This document shows positions 20,279 to 30,104 of a stretch of 64,000 bases of DNA, one piece after another. Location of the stretch: contig JBAZEY010000003.1 in NCBI GenBank assembly GCA_041653675.1, positions 13,284-77,283 on the forward strand, read 5' to 3'. The translations under genes were made by a program, and so were the position numbers. Every line of letters starts with the position of its first letter. Position 1 is the first letter of the stretch. The notes beneath the pieces are model-generated. The model ran no database searches. It was not told where the DNA came from and saw nothing but the letters and a program-made list of their open reading frames with translations. Source of the stretch: Patescibacteria group bacterium. GTDB taxonomy: Bacteria; Patescibacteriota; Patescibacteriia; XYB2-FULL-38-15.

Positions 20279-20332
20279 ACCGGCATCTGGCAGAAATCGC
20301 GAAGAACGATTCTGTCAGGTGCCGGCATTTTT
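20279..20332 (+). repeat. Long hairpin/terminator, copy 2
   Basis: accggcatctggcagaaatcgcgaagaacgattctgtcaggtgccggc followed by T-tract. Confidence 0.85.
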
Positions 20333-20435
20333 TATTATAGAATTTTTCTTGACTTGATTTTTATGCTATAATTACTTAATTAATTTAACCGCTTATCCCC
20401 TAAAGTGAGTCTTTTGGGGAAAGTAAAACTTAAAT

Positions 20436-22787
20436 ATGAACACAATCGCGAACATTTGTGACAAGCTAGTGAAAGTTTGCCTAGCTTTTTTAGTTTTTGT
20501 TTTGCCAGTATTTTTTCTGCCATGGACGTTTGAAACTCTGGATTTTAACAAACAAAATATGTTGATCATTCTTACTCTTTTGGCCGGTCTAGCCTGGCTT
20601 GGGAAGATGATCGCTTCAAGACAAGTAACCTTAAGGAGAAGTTTTTTAAATGTATTAATTTTGTTATACACTGCGATTTATACTTTAGCGACGATTTTTT
20701 CATTCGATAAAATAAGAAGCTTTATCGGCGCATCTGGGCTCGAAAAGGAAGGGCTTGTGACAGTTCTTTGTTTTGTTGTTTTATACTTTATTATTATTAA
20801 CAATTTCCGTGATATAAAGGCGATAAAAAATTTACTTTACGCCTACCTTCTAGGCGCGGGGCTTGTAACAATATGGACAACACTCGCTTTTTTTGGAGTG
20901 TTGCCATCAGTGTTAATTTCTAGCCAGGCTCTAAACACGGTCGGCACCCTTAACGCTTTAGGAATTTTTCTTGTAGCCGCGTTTGTTTTACTTTGCCCAC
21001 TATTTTTAGGAGCTGAAACGGAAAAGGGCAAGAGCAGTAAAAAAGATCTTATAATAAAAATTGTGATGGCTGTAGTCGCCGCTCTTATGCTTTTTATCTT
21101 GGCGACGATTGATAACTGGACCGTATGGGCAATTTTTGTCCCGGCTATCGCCTTGATTTTAGCTTTTGCCATTATCAGAGCCCATGAAATCAAAAATTTA
21201 GGATGGTTATCTTTGCCCATGGCAGCTTTTGTTATCGCAGTTCTTTTATTTTTTATTAATACTCCGATTCCTTCACGTTTGCCGGCGGAAATTATGCCCT
21301 CTTTTTCTGCGAGTAGCGGGATTGCGAGGCAGACCTTGAGGGAGTCGCCGCTTTTGGGTTCTGGGCCGAGCACATATGTTTTTGATTATGCCAAATACAA
21401 GCCAGAGGGAGTAAATGAAACGCAACTTTGGGATGTTAAATTTGATCGCTCCGCCTCACGAGTATTAACCATGCTTACGACCACCGGGCTTTTTGGGATT
21501 ATTTCATGGCTGTTTGTTGTAGTCTTTTTGGGAGTTTTGGTTATTATTAATTTGATCAAAGAAAAATCCGGAGCGCTGTGGCTCAACCAATTGGCTGTTG
21601 GCGGAGCTTGGTTTGCCTTGCTTCTCGCAAAATTTATCTATTCTTCAAATTTAACTTTGGAATTTTCTTTCTGGATTCTTACGGCAATTTTAGTGGTTAT
21701 GACCTCTCATAAATTTTGGGAAATTTCTTTGAGTGGCGCGCCACGCATTTCCTTGATTTTGTCTTTTGCTTTAGCCCTCGGGTTGATTTTAACAGTCTCG
21801 TCGTTTTATCTTGTCGGCGAGCGCTATGCGGCTGACGCGAAGTTTGTCCAGGCAATAACATCCTTTAATAAAGGAGAAGACTTAAGCAAGTCTACGGAAC
21901 TTTTGAATCAAGCTGCTTCATTAAACCAACACAACGATGTTTATCTCAGAAATTTAGCTCAAAGTTTGCAGGCTGAAATAAATCAGACGATGGCAGCCAA
22001 ACCTTCCGAGGATGTGGCTAAAAAAATTCAGGATTTGGTGGCGGCTGATGTCCAGGTGGCAAAGCGCGCAACCGAAATTTCTCCAAAAAATTCAGCTAAT
22101 TGGGCGACGCTAGCGTCAATTTATCAAACAATCATGTCTCTTATCTCTGGAGCCGATGAATGGGCAGTGAATTCTTGGCAGAAGGCGATTGAGCTTGAGC
22201 CGTCGAGCCCGTATCTTTACACAGAGTTGGGAAAAACTTACGCGGCAATGGCCGATATGCTCGCGCCAAGTCTTCAATCGAAAGACGATAAGGTAAAAGC
22301 TGACGCTGAGACTAAGGTCAAGGAATATTTAACTAAAGCCGAGGAACAACTTAATAAGGCGATTGAAATCAAGGCGGATTATGCGCCAGCACATTTTGAA
22401 TTGGCTTTAGTGTATGGCCGTCAGGGAAAAATAAATGAGGCAATTAGTAAATTGGAAACCATTCAAGATTCTTTGTCGAACGACGTCGGCGTTGCTTTTC
22501 AGCTCGGCTTACTCTATGCGCAAAATAAAGAACTGGACAAAGCTACAGCTGAATTGGAAAAGGCAGTTGAACTTGCGCCAAGCTTTGCTAACGCGCGGTG
22601 GTATTTAGCGGCAATTTATGAGGAGCAGGGCAAAAAAGATTTAGCGTTGGCGCAGCTGGAAGAAATTTTAAAGACCAATCCGGATAATGAGACTGTTAAG
22701 CAGAAGATCGAGTCTTTAAAAAATCCAGCAGCCGAAGAAACCACGCCTTTACCAAATCCAATCCCCGAAACGGTTCCGGCACAATAG
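20436..22787 (+). CDS. O-antigen-ligase-like polytopic membrane protein with C-terminal TPR repeats
   Basis: About 12 TM segments; PLLGSGP motif; TPR repeats (KAIELEP, YAPAHFELALVY, FANARWYLA). Confidence 0.75.
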   Translation: MNTIANICDKLVKVCLAFLVFVLPVFFLPWTFETLDFNKQNMLIILTLLAGLAWLGKMIASRQVTLRRSFLNVLILLYTAIYTLATIFSFDKIRSFIGASGLEKEGLVTVLCFVVLYFIIINNFRDIKAIKNLLYAYLLGAGLVTIWTTLAFFGVLPSVLISSQALNTVGTLNALGIFLVAAFVLLCPLFLGAETEKGKSSKKDLIIKIVMAVVAALMLFILATIDNWTVWAIFVPAIALILAFAIIRAHEIKNLGWLSLPMAAFVIAVLLFFINTPIPSRLPAEIMPSFSASSGIARQTLRESPLLGSGPSTYVFDYAKYKPEGVNETQLWDVKFDRSASRVLTMLTTTGLFGIISWLFVVVFLGVLVIINLIKEKSGALWLNQLAVGGAWFALLLAKFIYSSNLTLEFSFWILTAILVVMTSHKFWEISLSGAPRISLILSFALALGLILTVSSFYLVGERYAADAKFVQAITSFNKGEDLSKSTELLNQAASLNQHNDVYLRNLAQSLQAEINQTMAAKPSEDVAKKIQDLVAADVQVAKRATEISPKNSANWATLASIYQTIMSLISGADEWAVNSWQKAIELEPSSPYLYTELGKTYAAMADMLAPSLQSKDDKVKADAETKVKEYLTKAEEQLNKAIEIKADYAPAHFELALVYGRQGKINEAISKLETIQDSLSNDVGVAFQLGLLYAQNKELDKATAELEKAVELAPSFANARWYLAAIYEEQGKKDLALAQLEEILKTNPDNETVKQKIESLKNPAAEETTPLPNPIPETVPAQ

Positions 22788-22852
22788 AAATTATTGACAA
22801 AATTATAACTTGTTGTAATCTAGGATAATCTCCCGCTCAGATTTTTGGACTT

Positions 22853-22926
22853 GGGCCTATAGTATAGTAGTAAAACGCCTCCATGGCATGGAGGAGTCGA
22901 GGGTGCGATTCCCTCTAGGTCCACCA
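22853..22926 (+). tRNA. tRNA-Ala(GGC)
   Basis: Acceptor gggccta/taggtcc with G3:U70; anticodon arm cctcc-atGGCat-ggagg; encoded CCA; atypical T-loop tgcgatt. Confidence 0.92.
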
Positions 22927-22979
22927 GAAACTTGAGCGGGAGGTTTTGTCTAAAAATTTAAGAGGTAGATTATTAAATT

Positions 22980-24074
22980 ATGTCCTTCAAAGTCGGAATT
23001 GTTGGCCTGCCAAACGTTGGTAAATCAACCCTTTTTAAAGCGTTGACCAGAAAGCAAGTAGACATCGCCAACTATCCTTTTTGTACTATTGAACCAAATG
23101 TTGGTACGGTTGCCGTGCCCGATTTTCGACTGCAAAAATTGGCCGATTTATATAATTCCGCGAAAATTGTTCCGACTGTAATTGAATTTGTTGATATAGC
23201 CGGATTGGTAAAGGGTGCGCATGAAGGTCAGGGCTTGGGCAATAAATTTTTATCGCACATCAGAGAAGTTGATGCCATTTGCCAGGTAATCCGGGCGTTC
23301 GAAGATCCAAATGTTATTCACGTTGACGGAAAAATTAATCCAATTTCCGATTTAGAAGTTATAAATTTAGAATTAATTTTTGCCGACCAGGATTCAGTGA
23401 AAAAACGTTTGTCGAGTTTAGCCAGTGAGCTCAAAGGCTCGAAGGAAAAAATGCTGGTTAAAACAAATGAGACGGTTTTGAAAATTAAAGAAGGGCTGGA
23501 AAAAGGAATTATGGCCTCGAAGCTCGGCCTTAGTGAAGAAGAAAAATTTTTAGTTAAAGAATTGAATTTATTGACTCTGAAGCCGGCACTTTATGCCTTA
23601 AACGTGGCTGAGGCAGACACCAAGGCCGAGAAAAAGGAAATTTTAGAAAAATTTAAGTTGGCGCTCGATCCGGAAAAAGTGATTTTGGTTTCAGCAAAAA
23701 TTGAGTCAGAGGTAGCGGAATTGCCGCCCGAAGAAGCAAAAAATTATTTGAAAGAATTAGGGGTAGAGGAATCGGGTTTAGATAAATTAATTCGGGTGAG
23801 TTATCATGAATTAAATTTAATTACCTTTTTTACGGCTGGGCCGAAAGAAGCGCACGCTTGGACGATTATTCGGGAAACTTTGGCGCCGCAGGCTGCCGGA
23901 AAAATTCATTCTGACTTTGAGCGCGGTTTTATCGCGGCAGAAATAATTAATTGGAAAGATTTGCTGGACGTCGGAGGCGATGTGAAAGCCAAAGAAAAAG
24001 GATTGATTCGCCTGGAGGGTAAAGAATACGTGATGCAAGATGGCGATGTGGTTGAGTTTAGGTTTAGCGTATAA
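22980..24074 (+). CDS. ychF: Redox-regulated ATPase YchF
   Basis: GIVGLPNVGKST, NYPFCTIEPN, DIAGLVKGA, C-terminal TGS (GKEYVMQDGDVV). Confidence 0.97.
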   Translation: MSFKVGIVGLPNVGKSTLFKALTRKQVDIANYPFCTIEPNVGTVAVPDFRLQKLADLYNSAKIVPTVIEFVDIAGLVKGAHEGQGLGNKFLSHIREVDAICQVIRAFEDPNVIHVDGKINPISDLEVINLELIFADQDSVKKRLSSLASELKGSKEKMLVKTNETVLKIKEGLEKGIMASKLGLSEEEKFLVKELNLLTLKPALYALNVAEADTKAEKKEILEKFKLALDPEKVILVSAKIESEVAELPPEEAKNYLKELGVEESGLDKLIRVSYHELNLITFFTAGPKEAHAWTIIRETLAPQAAGKIHSDFERGFIAAEIINWKDLLDVGGDVKAKEKGLIRLEGKEYVMQDGDVVEFRFSV

Positions 24075-24077
24075 TAA

Positions 24078-24108
24078 AAAAATTCCTCGCTGTCTTGCGA
24101 GGAATTTT
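24078..24108. terminator. Bidirectional terminator
   Basis: aaaaattcctcgc-tgtctt-gcgaggaattttt between convergent genes. Confidence 0.75.
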
Positions 24109-24116
24109 TATAATGA

Positions 24117-25346
24117 CTAGCCAGGGATAAAAAGTAAGATTTCTCGCCGAACGAACTGGTCTGGGCGGAAGTAGAGGATGGAGTTACGAGGCGTGGTTTT
24201 TAAAAATGAATATTTTCTTAATTCTTTTGGCAGAGGATCGGCAACAGTAAAGCCGATTTTTTTTATTTCATCTAAAATTGGTAAAAAGAAATCTTGTTTT
24301 TCTGTATGAAAAACAGGGAAGATAATAGAAATTTTTCCCTCTGGCCTTATAATTTTTTTGAATTCTTGAAAAGCAGCTAAATACAAATCGGAAAGCTCTT
24401 TCATAGTTTCTTTTATTTTTTCCAGCGGTTCATCTCCTTTAAGCGGCGGTCCGAGATATGGTTCGCTAATAATCGCGTCGATTGATTGAGGGGGAAATTT
24501 ATTGGAGAGGTGGTGTACATCGCACTCCAGTAATTGATAATCGGCAGTTGGCAGTTGATAATTTTTTTTCAGCCACTCCAAGTTTTCTCTTGCTCCTGAT
24601 AGAGTTTCGGTGTTGACGTCCGAGCCAATCAAATTTTTATATCCCCAAAGCAACGCCTCTTCCAAAATTGTTCCAAAACCGCAGAAAGGATCGAGGATTG
24701 TCTCGTCTTTTTCAACCTTCGCGAAGTTTATCATGGTTTTAGCGAGTTTCGGCGGCATGAGCCCAACCTTCATACTGCGAGCCGGCCGGCCGTAATCGCG
24801 AAAACTTAAGTCCTCAAATTCTTGGACAGCCAAAGTTTTGCCAAGATAAGTTTTTTCTTTACCTATCAAAAAAATTAATTCGGCACCGGCTTCAGTCAAT
24901 AATTTATTTTTCTTAACCACAACAGAACTTAAATTATTCTCTTTTGAGGTTACCCACCTAGCTTGGATTTTTACGTCTTTAAGCAAATCTTTAATCGCCA
25001 TAGCCAGATTTTTTATTTTCTGACTTTCTTTTTTAAGGCGCGCAGTGGAAACATCTTCTTCTAATTTATAGAAACTAAAGCCGAAATAAATTTTTTTTGC
25101 TGAATAATTTTTTAATATTTCAGCAATGTCTTCGGCGGCTAATTCATCCGGCATTTCAAGAATTTTTCCGAATTTAACCGTACCGCCAAGACGCGGCATA
25201 ACGTCGTTTGCGGAAAGTTCACCCTGAATGTCAACCAAAATAGCCTCGTCCGAGAGAGAAGAAAAGGTCGCTCGTTTGCCAAAAATAGCAGCGATTTCAG
25301 CGCTTGACAAAGCTGGATTTCTGCCTAAAATAAAAAAGTATTGCAT
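24117..25346 (-). CDS. Trm11-like SAM-dependent (tRNA) methyltransferase
   Basis: FFILGRNPALS N-terminus, RDYGRP, MPPKLA, ILDPFCGFGT, SEPYLGP. Start is 25346 or 25358. Confidence 0.75.
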   Translation of the reverse strand: MQYFFILGRNPALSSAEIAAIFGKRATFSSLSDEAILVDIQGELSANDVMPRLGGTVKFGKILEMPDELAAEDIAEILKNYSAKKIYFGFSFYKLEEDVSTARLKKESQKIKNLAMAIKDLLKDVKIQARWVTSKENNLSSVVVKKNKLLTEAGAELIFLIGKEKTYLGKTLAVQEFEDLSFRDYGRPARSMKVGLMPPKLAKTMINFAKVEKDETILDPFCGFGTILEEALLWGYKNLIGSDVNTETLSGARENLEWLKKNYQLPTADYQLLECDVHHLSNKFPPQSIDAIISEPYLGPPLKGDEPLEKIKETMKELSDLYLAAFQEFKKIIRPEGKISIIFPVFHTEKQDFFLPILDEIKKIGFTVADPLPKELRKYSFLKTTPRNSILYFRPDQFVRREILLFIPG

Positions 25347-25445
25347 ATTGGTGGACATTGCCTTGGTTTGGCTTTATTATACCACATCTTGCGCAAATTT
25401 TAGTCCTGTGCTAAACTTTTAGAAACTTTAAATTTAAATAGTTTT

Positions 25446-25886
25446 ATGAAACACTACGAATTATTGTACATCATTCCGGGTAAATACACCGAGGAAGAGA
25501 TGGACGGGATCAGCGGAAAAATCAACGAGATTGTCAAAAAACATGGCGGAGAGATAACCTCGACCGACAATTTAGGTTCCAAAAAATTGGCCTACCCCAT
25601 TGCGAATACGCAGGTTGGAAATTATCTTGTGATTGAGTTTAACAGTGAACCGGAAAAAATTAAAGAGCTTGGGGGAGAATTAAAATTGACTCCTGAAATT
25701 TTGAGATTTGGTATCACTATTAAGAAACTTAAAACTCAGGCAGAGATAGACGCCGCAAAAGTCAGAAAAGAAAAAATGGCCCAAAAACAAAAAGCAGAAG
25801 AGGTAAAAGCTGAACCGGCGCCGAAAGTCAGCCTTGAAGAACTGGATAAAAAGCTTGGAGAAATTCTTGAAGGGGATATTATTTAA
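25446..25886 (+). CDS. rpsF: 30S ribosomal protein S6
   Basis: MKHYELLYII…LGSKKLAYPI; rpsF-ssb-rpsR synteny. Confidence 0.95.
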   Translation: MKHYELLYIIPGKYTEEEMDGISGKINEIVKKHGGEITSTDNLGSKKLAYPIANTQVGNYLVIEFNSEPEKIKELGGELKLTPEILRFGITIKKLKTQAEIDAAKVRKEKMAQKQKAEEVKAEPAPKVSLEELDKKLGEILEGDII

Positions 25887-25912
25887 AAATATAATCTCTA
25901 AATAGAAAATTT

Positions 25913-26356
25913 ATGAATCTGAATAAGGCAATGATTATTGGCAACGTGACCCGCGACCCAGAGGTAAAAACTACTCCTTCAGGGCAAAGCGTCACTTCTT
26001 TTTCCGTAGCGACAAACCGCGTTTGGACAAACGCGCAGGGGCAAAAACAAGAAGCAGTAGAATATCACAATATTGTTGCCTGGGGAAAGTTAGCGGAAAT
26101 TTGCGGCCAGTATTTGAATAAAGGGAAAAAGATTTATGTTGAAGGGAGACTCCAGACAAGAGATTGGCAAGGACAAGATGGTATAAAAAGATATAAAACA
26201 GAAATTGTCGCGGAAAATATGATTATGTTGGATCGGGGCGGCGCGCCGGGCGGCAGTTCGGGCAGAGAACCAGCGGCAAACCCACCGATGGAAGAACAGG
26301 CTCCTGCCGAAGAGCCGCAAGAAGAAGAAATTAAAGTCGAAAATATTCCTTTTTAA
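25913..26356 (+). CDS. ssb: Single-stranded DNA-binding protein
   Basis: NKAMIIGNVTRDPE…YVEGRLQTR; acidic IPF tail. Confidence 0.97.
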   Translation: MNLNKAMIIGNVTRDPEVKTTPSGQSVTSFSVATNRVWTNAQGQKQEAVEYHNIVAWGKLAEICGQYLNKGKKIYVEGRLQTRDWQGQDGIKRYKTEIVAENMIMLDRGGAPGGSSGREPAANPPMEEQAPAEEPQEEEIKVENIPF

Positions 26357-26359
26357 ACT

Positions 26360-26599
26360 ATGATGAGACAACAAAATTCTAGCACAACAAGCACCGGGAA
26401 AAAGACCTGTTATTTCTGCGCTGACAACGTCAGAGAAATTGATTTTAAGGATGAAACAGTTCTCCGAAAATTTATTTCTTCTTACGGAAAAATTGTTCCA
26501 CGCCGAAGAAGTGGTGTTTGTTCAAAACATCAACGTAAATTGGCGTTGGCAATAAAGCGAGCGAGAATTGCCGGGATTTTACCCTTCACAAATAAGTAA
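26360..26599 (+). CDS. rpsR: 30S ribosomal protein S18
   Basis: CYFC…IDFKD…GKIVPRRRSG…HQRKLALAIKRAR. Confidence 0.96.
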   Translation: MMRQQNSSTTSTGKKTCYFCADNVREIDFKDETVLRKFISSYGKIVPRRRSGVCSKHQRKLALAIKRARIAGILPFTNK

Positions 26600-26614
26600 A
26601 CATGGCGATGTGAT

Positions 26615-26644
26615 AAAATCCACTCTTTAAAATGAGTGGATTTT
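26615..26644 (+). terminator. Intrinsic terminator after rpsR
   Basis: aaaatccactc-tttaaaat-gagtggatttt. Confidence 0.7.
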
Positions 26645-26676
26645 GTAATAAGAAGTATATCTAAAAGCGGAGTTCT

Positions 26677-27723
26677 ATGGTGCCCAAAAAGATGAGTTTA
26701 AAAAAAGAAAAAGGCAGACAAGAAAAATTTTTATTGAGGGCGAAAATTATTTCATTGATTAGAGATTTTTTTTGTAAAGAAAATTTTTTAGAGGTGGAGA
26801 CCCCGAGTCTTGTAAAATTTCCGGGGATGGAGCCGCACCTTGATCCTGTCAAAGTATCCTTGCCGATTTTGGACGGCCGGTGTGAAGTGTATCTTATAAC
26901 TTCGCCCGAGTACGCTATGAAGAAAATTTTAGCGGCGGGGTTTCGTAATATTTTTCAAATATGTAAAAGTTTTCGCGGGGGAGAGGCAATGGACGAGCTG
27001 CATAATCCGGAGTTCACTATTTTGGAGTGGTATAGAGCGCACGCCGACTACAAAGATATAATGAAGGACGTGGAACGGTTGATGGTCTATATTGCCCGTA
27101 ATTTGCAAAAAAAGACCGGGGATAATTTAAAATTGAAAATTGAATATCAAAACCAGGAAATCGATTTGACGCCGCCGTGGGAGAAATTAACAGTGAGGGA
27201 GGCTTTTCGAAAGTATGCTAAAATAGACTTAGATAAGGTATTGTCTCGGGAAACAATGGCGGCCGCGGCAGAGAAAAAGGGATACGTGATTTCAAAAGAT
27301 GATAGTTTTGACGATATATTTTTTAAAATATTTTTAAGCGAGATTGAGGCCCATCTGGGCAGAAAAAAGCCAACAATCCTTTATGATTGGCCGGCACAGA
27401 TGGCGGCATTATCTCGACTTAAGAGGACCGATCCGCGATATGCCGAAAGATTTGAAGTTTATGTTGGTGGATTGGAACTCGGCAATGCATTTTCGGAATT
27501 AGTTGATTCGGCCGAGCAGAGAAAGAGACTTGTCGCGGAAAGAAAATTAAGAAAAAAATTAGGTAAGGTAATTTATGGTCTTGATGAAGAGTTTTTAGAA
27601 GCACTCCGAGAAATGCCGCCGTCCGGAGGAATCGCTATGGGGATAGATAGAATTGTGATGCTTTTCACCGGTGCCAAAAGTATTAACGAAGTTTTATTTT
27701 TTCCAGCTAGTAAAATTTTTTAA
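26677..27723 (+). CDS. epmA: EF-P lysine aminoacylase EpmA (GenX/PoxA)
   Basis: LysRS catalytic core without anticodon domain: FLEVETP, LITSPEYAMK, HNPEFTILEWY, ELGNAFSEL, GIAMGIDR. Adjacent to efp. Confidence 0.93.
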   Translation: MVPKKMSLKKEKGRQEKFLLRAKIISLIRDFFCKENFLEVETPSLVKFPGMEPHLDPVKVSLPILDGRCEVYLITSPEYAMKKILAAGFRNIFQICKSFRGGEAMDELHNPEFTILEWYRAHADYKDIMKDVERLMVYIARNLQKKTGDNLKLKIEYQNQEIDLTPPWEKLTVREAFRKYAKIDLDKVLSRETMAAAAEKKGYVISKDDSFDDIFFKIFLSEIEAHLGRKKPTILYDWPAQMAALSRLKRTDPRYAERFEVYVGGLELGNAFSELVDSAEQRKRLVAERKLRKKLGKVIYGLDEEFLEALREMPPSGGIAMGIDRIVMLFTGAKSINEVLFFPASKIF

Positions 27724-27755
27724 TTATAATTTTATAAATTCTAACTTTTTAAATT

Positions 27756-28322
27756 ATGGCTTCAACGCAAGACATTAAAAGAGGTGTGGTAATTTCATGG
27801 AAAAATGATCCGCATCTCGTGACGGAATTTGAACATATTATGCCGGGCAAGGGTTCAGCTTTTGTACGTACAAAATTAAAAAACTTAAAGACGGGAAAAG
27901 TTTTAGAAAATACTTTTAAGGTTGGAGAAAAAATAGATTTGGTGGATTTAGAAAAAAGGAAAGTCCAGTATCTTTATGCAAGCGGTGATAAATTTGCGTT
28001 TATGGACAATGGCACTTATGAACAATTTGAATTAGGCGTTGAGGTTTTGGCGGGATTTGAAAAGTATTTGAAGGAAGGGTTGGAAGTAGTGTTGCTTTTT
28101 TCGGATGGAACCCCCATCACCGTAGAATTCCCCAAAAAAGTTTCTTACAAAGTTACAGAAGCTGAGCCGGGCGTAAAAGGAGATACTGCTTCTGGCCGGG
28201 TGACAAAAGAAGTTACCGCGGAAAATGGTTTAAAAATTCGTGCACCGCTTTTTATCAAAGAAGGGGATACAATTGTCGTTAATACGGAAACTGGAGAATA
28301 TGCAGAGAGAGCGGCAGAATAA
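27756..28322 (+). CDS. efp: Elongation factor P
   Basis: PGKGSAFVRTK, PGVKGDT, PLFIKEGD. Confidence 0.96.
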   Translation: MASTQDIKRGVVISWKNDPHLVTEFEHIMPGKGSAFVRTKLKNLKTGKVLENTFKVGEKIDLVDLEKRKVQYLYASGDKFAFMDNGTYEQFELGVEVLAGFEKYLKEGLEVVLLFSDGTPITVEFPKKVSYKVTEAEPGVKGDTASGRVTKEVTAENGLKIRAPLFIKEGDTIVVNTETGEYAERAAE

Positions 28323-28339
28323 TATTTTCAGGAAAAATT

Positions 28340-28372
28340 AAACCCCGCCTCTCACGAGAGGCGGGGTTATTT
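28340..28372. terminator. Bidirectional terminator between efp and recA
   Basis: aaccccgcctctc-ac-gagaggcggggtt. Confidence 0.75.
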
Positions 28373-28391
28373 TATCTTCTATTTTATTCTT

Positions 28392-29435
28392 CTATTCCTC
28401 AGCAGGACCGTTTTCGGTATTTTCTGCGGCGGCCTCTGATGATTTTATGACTTTTGTTCTAATTTCCGCCATAAGTTTTGGATTTTCTTTCAAAAATCTT
28501 TTTGCCGTTTCCCGGCCAACACCGAGTTTCGTCTCGCCGTAATTGTAGGAGTTTCCACTTTTATTTATGACTTTAAAAACAACCGCGGTATCAAGAAGAT
28601 CTCCCGAGAGAGAAATTCCTTCATTGTACATGATATCAAATTCGCAAAATCTGAAAGGTGGAGCAACCTTATTTTTCACAATTTTTGCTTTGACGCGGTT
28701 ACCAATAATCTGATCGCCTTGTTTGATTTGGGCGGCTCGGCGCACCTCGATACGGACCGAGGAATAAAATTTTAGAGCCATTCCGCCAGTTGTCGTTTCC
28801 GGGTTCCCGAAAACAATGCCAATTTTATGTCTGATCTGGTTGATGAAAATGAGGGCAGTTTTGGTTTTAGAAATAACACCAGTCAGTTTGCGAAGAGCTT
28901 GAGACATCAATCTTGCCTGAAGGCCCATGTGTTGATCTCCCATTTCTCCCTCTATTTCTGCTTTTGGTACAAGCGCGGCGACCGAGTCCACGACTATGAC
29001 GTCAACGCCGCCCGAGCGAACTAATGTTTCTACAATTTCGAGCGCTTGCTCTCCTGTGTCTGGTTGAGAAATTAAGAGTTCCTCTATATTGACACCAATT
29101 TTTGAAGCGTATTCCGGGTCGAGCGCGTGCTCGGCATCAACAAAGGCCGCGATGCCGCCAGCTTTTTGGATTTCCGCCACAACATGCTGGGCTAAAGTTG
29201 TTTTACCGCTTGCTTCCGGGCCAAAAATTTCAATAATTCTTCCGCGAGGCATGCCGCCGATACCTAAAGCTAAATCCAAAGACAAACAACCAGAAGGAAT
29301 AGATTCAACTTCCATTCTCTTTGCCTCGCCGAGTTTCATAATTGAACCATCGCCGAATCTTTCTTTGATTTGATTAATTGCTTCCTCGGCCGCTTTGAAT
29401 TTTTCTGAGATTTTTTCTTTATTTTCTTTGGTCAT
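28392..29435 (-). CDS. recA: Recombinase RecA
   Basis: [35 protein letters not shown]. Confidence 0.98.
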   Translation of the reverse strand: MTKENKEKISEKFKAAEEAINQIKERFGDGSIMKLGEAKRMEVESIPSGCLSLDLALGIGGMPRGRIIEIFGPEASGKTTLAQHVVAEIQKAGGIAAFVDAEHALDPEYASKIGVNIEELLISQPDTGEQALEIVETLVRSGGVDVIVVDSVAALVPKAEIEGEMGDQHMGLQARLMSQALRKLTGVISKTKTALIFINQIRHKIGIVFGNPETTTGGMALKFYSSVRIEVRRAAQIKQGDQIIGNRVKAKIVKNKVAPPFRFCEFDIMYNEGISLSGDLLDTAVVFKVINKSGNSYNYGETKLGVGRETAKRFLKENPKLMAEIRTKVIKSSEAAAENTENGPAEE

Positions 29436-29444
29436 ATTTTTAAA

Positions 29445-30104
29445 TTATTTTAAAATAACTTGTCGATAAATAATATTTTCCCGGCTGCGTTTTTTGGCCG
29501 CAGAAACTTTAATTATATTTAAGCCGGTTTTGAGACTAAGAGTTTCACTAAAATTTCCCAGGGCGTCGATTTGAATTATCTGGTCGTTTATTTTAACATT
29601 AACTTCTTTTTCTGCATAGCCCGCCACGGTAATAGTTGGATTTTCGGTTGTTAGATTATCGTTTGGGCTTGTGAGAAAAAGATCGGGGGGTGAAAAAATA
29701 TTGTTTATTTCAAATCCGAGATAGGTAAGAAGGAGGATAATAAAAATAGCGGCAATGGAAAGTTCAATTAGACGAGGAGTAACGATAAAGTTTTTTGGAG
29801 AAATTTTTTGGAGAAAAGCCCCTCGTGGCGTCTTTCTTGTAGCCAAGCTTTCTTTTTCAAATTTTTTTTTCAAGCCCTCGAGATCTAAATTTAAAAAATT
29901 AGCGTAGGTTTCCAAAATTTTTTCAGAATAAACTCCGCCGGGCAGGTTTTCATAGTCTCCGGCCTCGAGGGCGATAAGGTGGTTCAGTCTCAAGTTAGTT
30001 TCTTCCACTACATCCTCGAGGGAAAGATTTTGTTCCCGGCGGGTTTCAGAAAGAATTTCACCAACAGTTTTATTTTTTATTTGGGTAACGGAAAATTTAT
30101 ACAT
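29445..30104 (-). CDS. RodZ-like HTH membrane protein with Ig-like C-terminal domain
   Basis: VGEILSETR…ALEAGDYENLPGGVY…YANFL, TM helix, LKTGLNII. ATG 30104 overlaps the ftsK stop. Confidence 0.8.
   Translation of the reverse strand: MYKFSVTQIKNKTVGEILSETRREQNLSLEDVVEETNLRLNHLIALEAGDYENLPGGVYSEKILETYANFLNLDLEGLKKKFEKESLATRKTPRGAFLQKISPKNFIVTPRLIELSIAAIFIILLLTYLGFEINNIFSPPDLFLTSPNDNLTTENPTITVAGYAEKEVNVKINDQIIQIDALGNFSETLSLKTGLNIIKVSAAKKRSRENIIYRQVILK

Noticed and set aside
18678-20332. Integron attC sites
   Set aside because: No proper RYYYAAC/GTTRRRY boxes, the genes have their own promoters, and no IntI is in the window.
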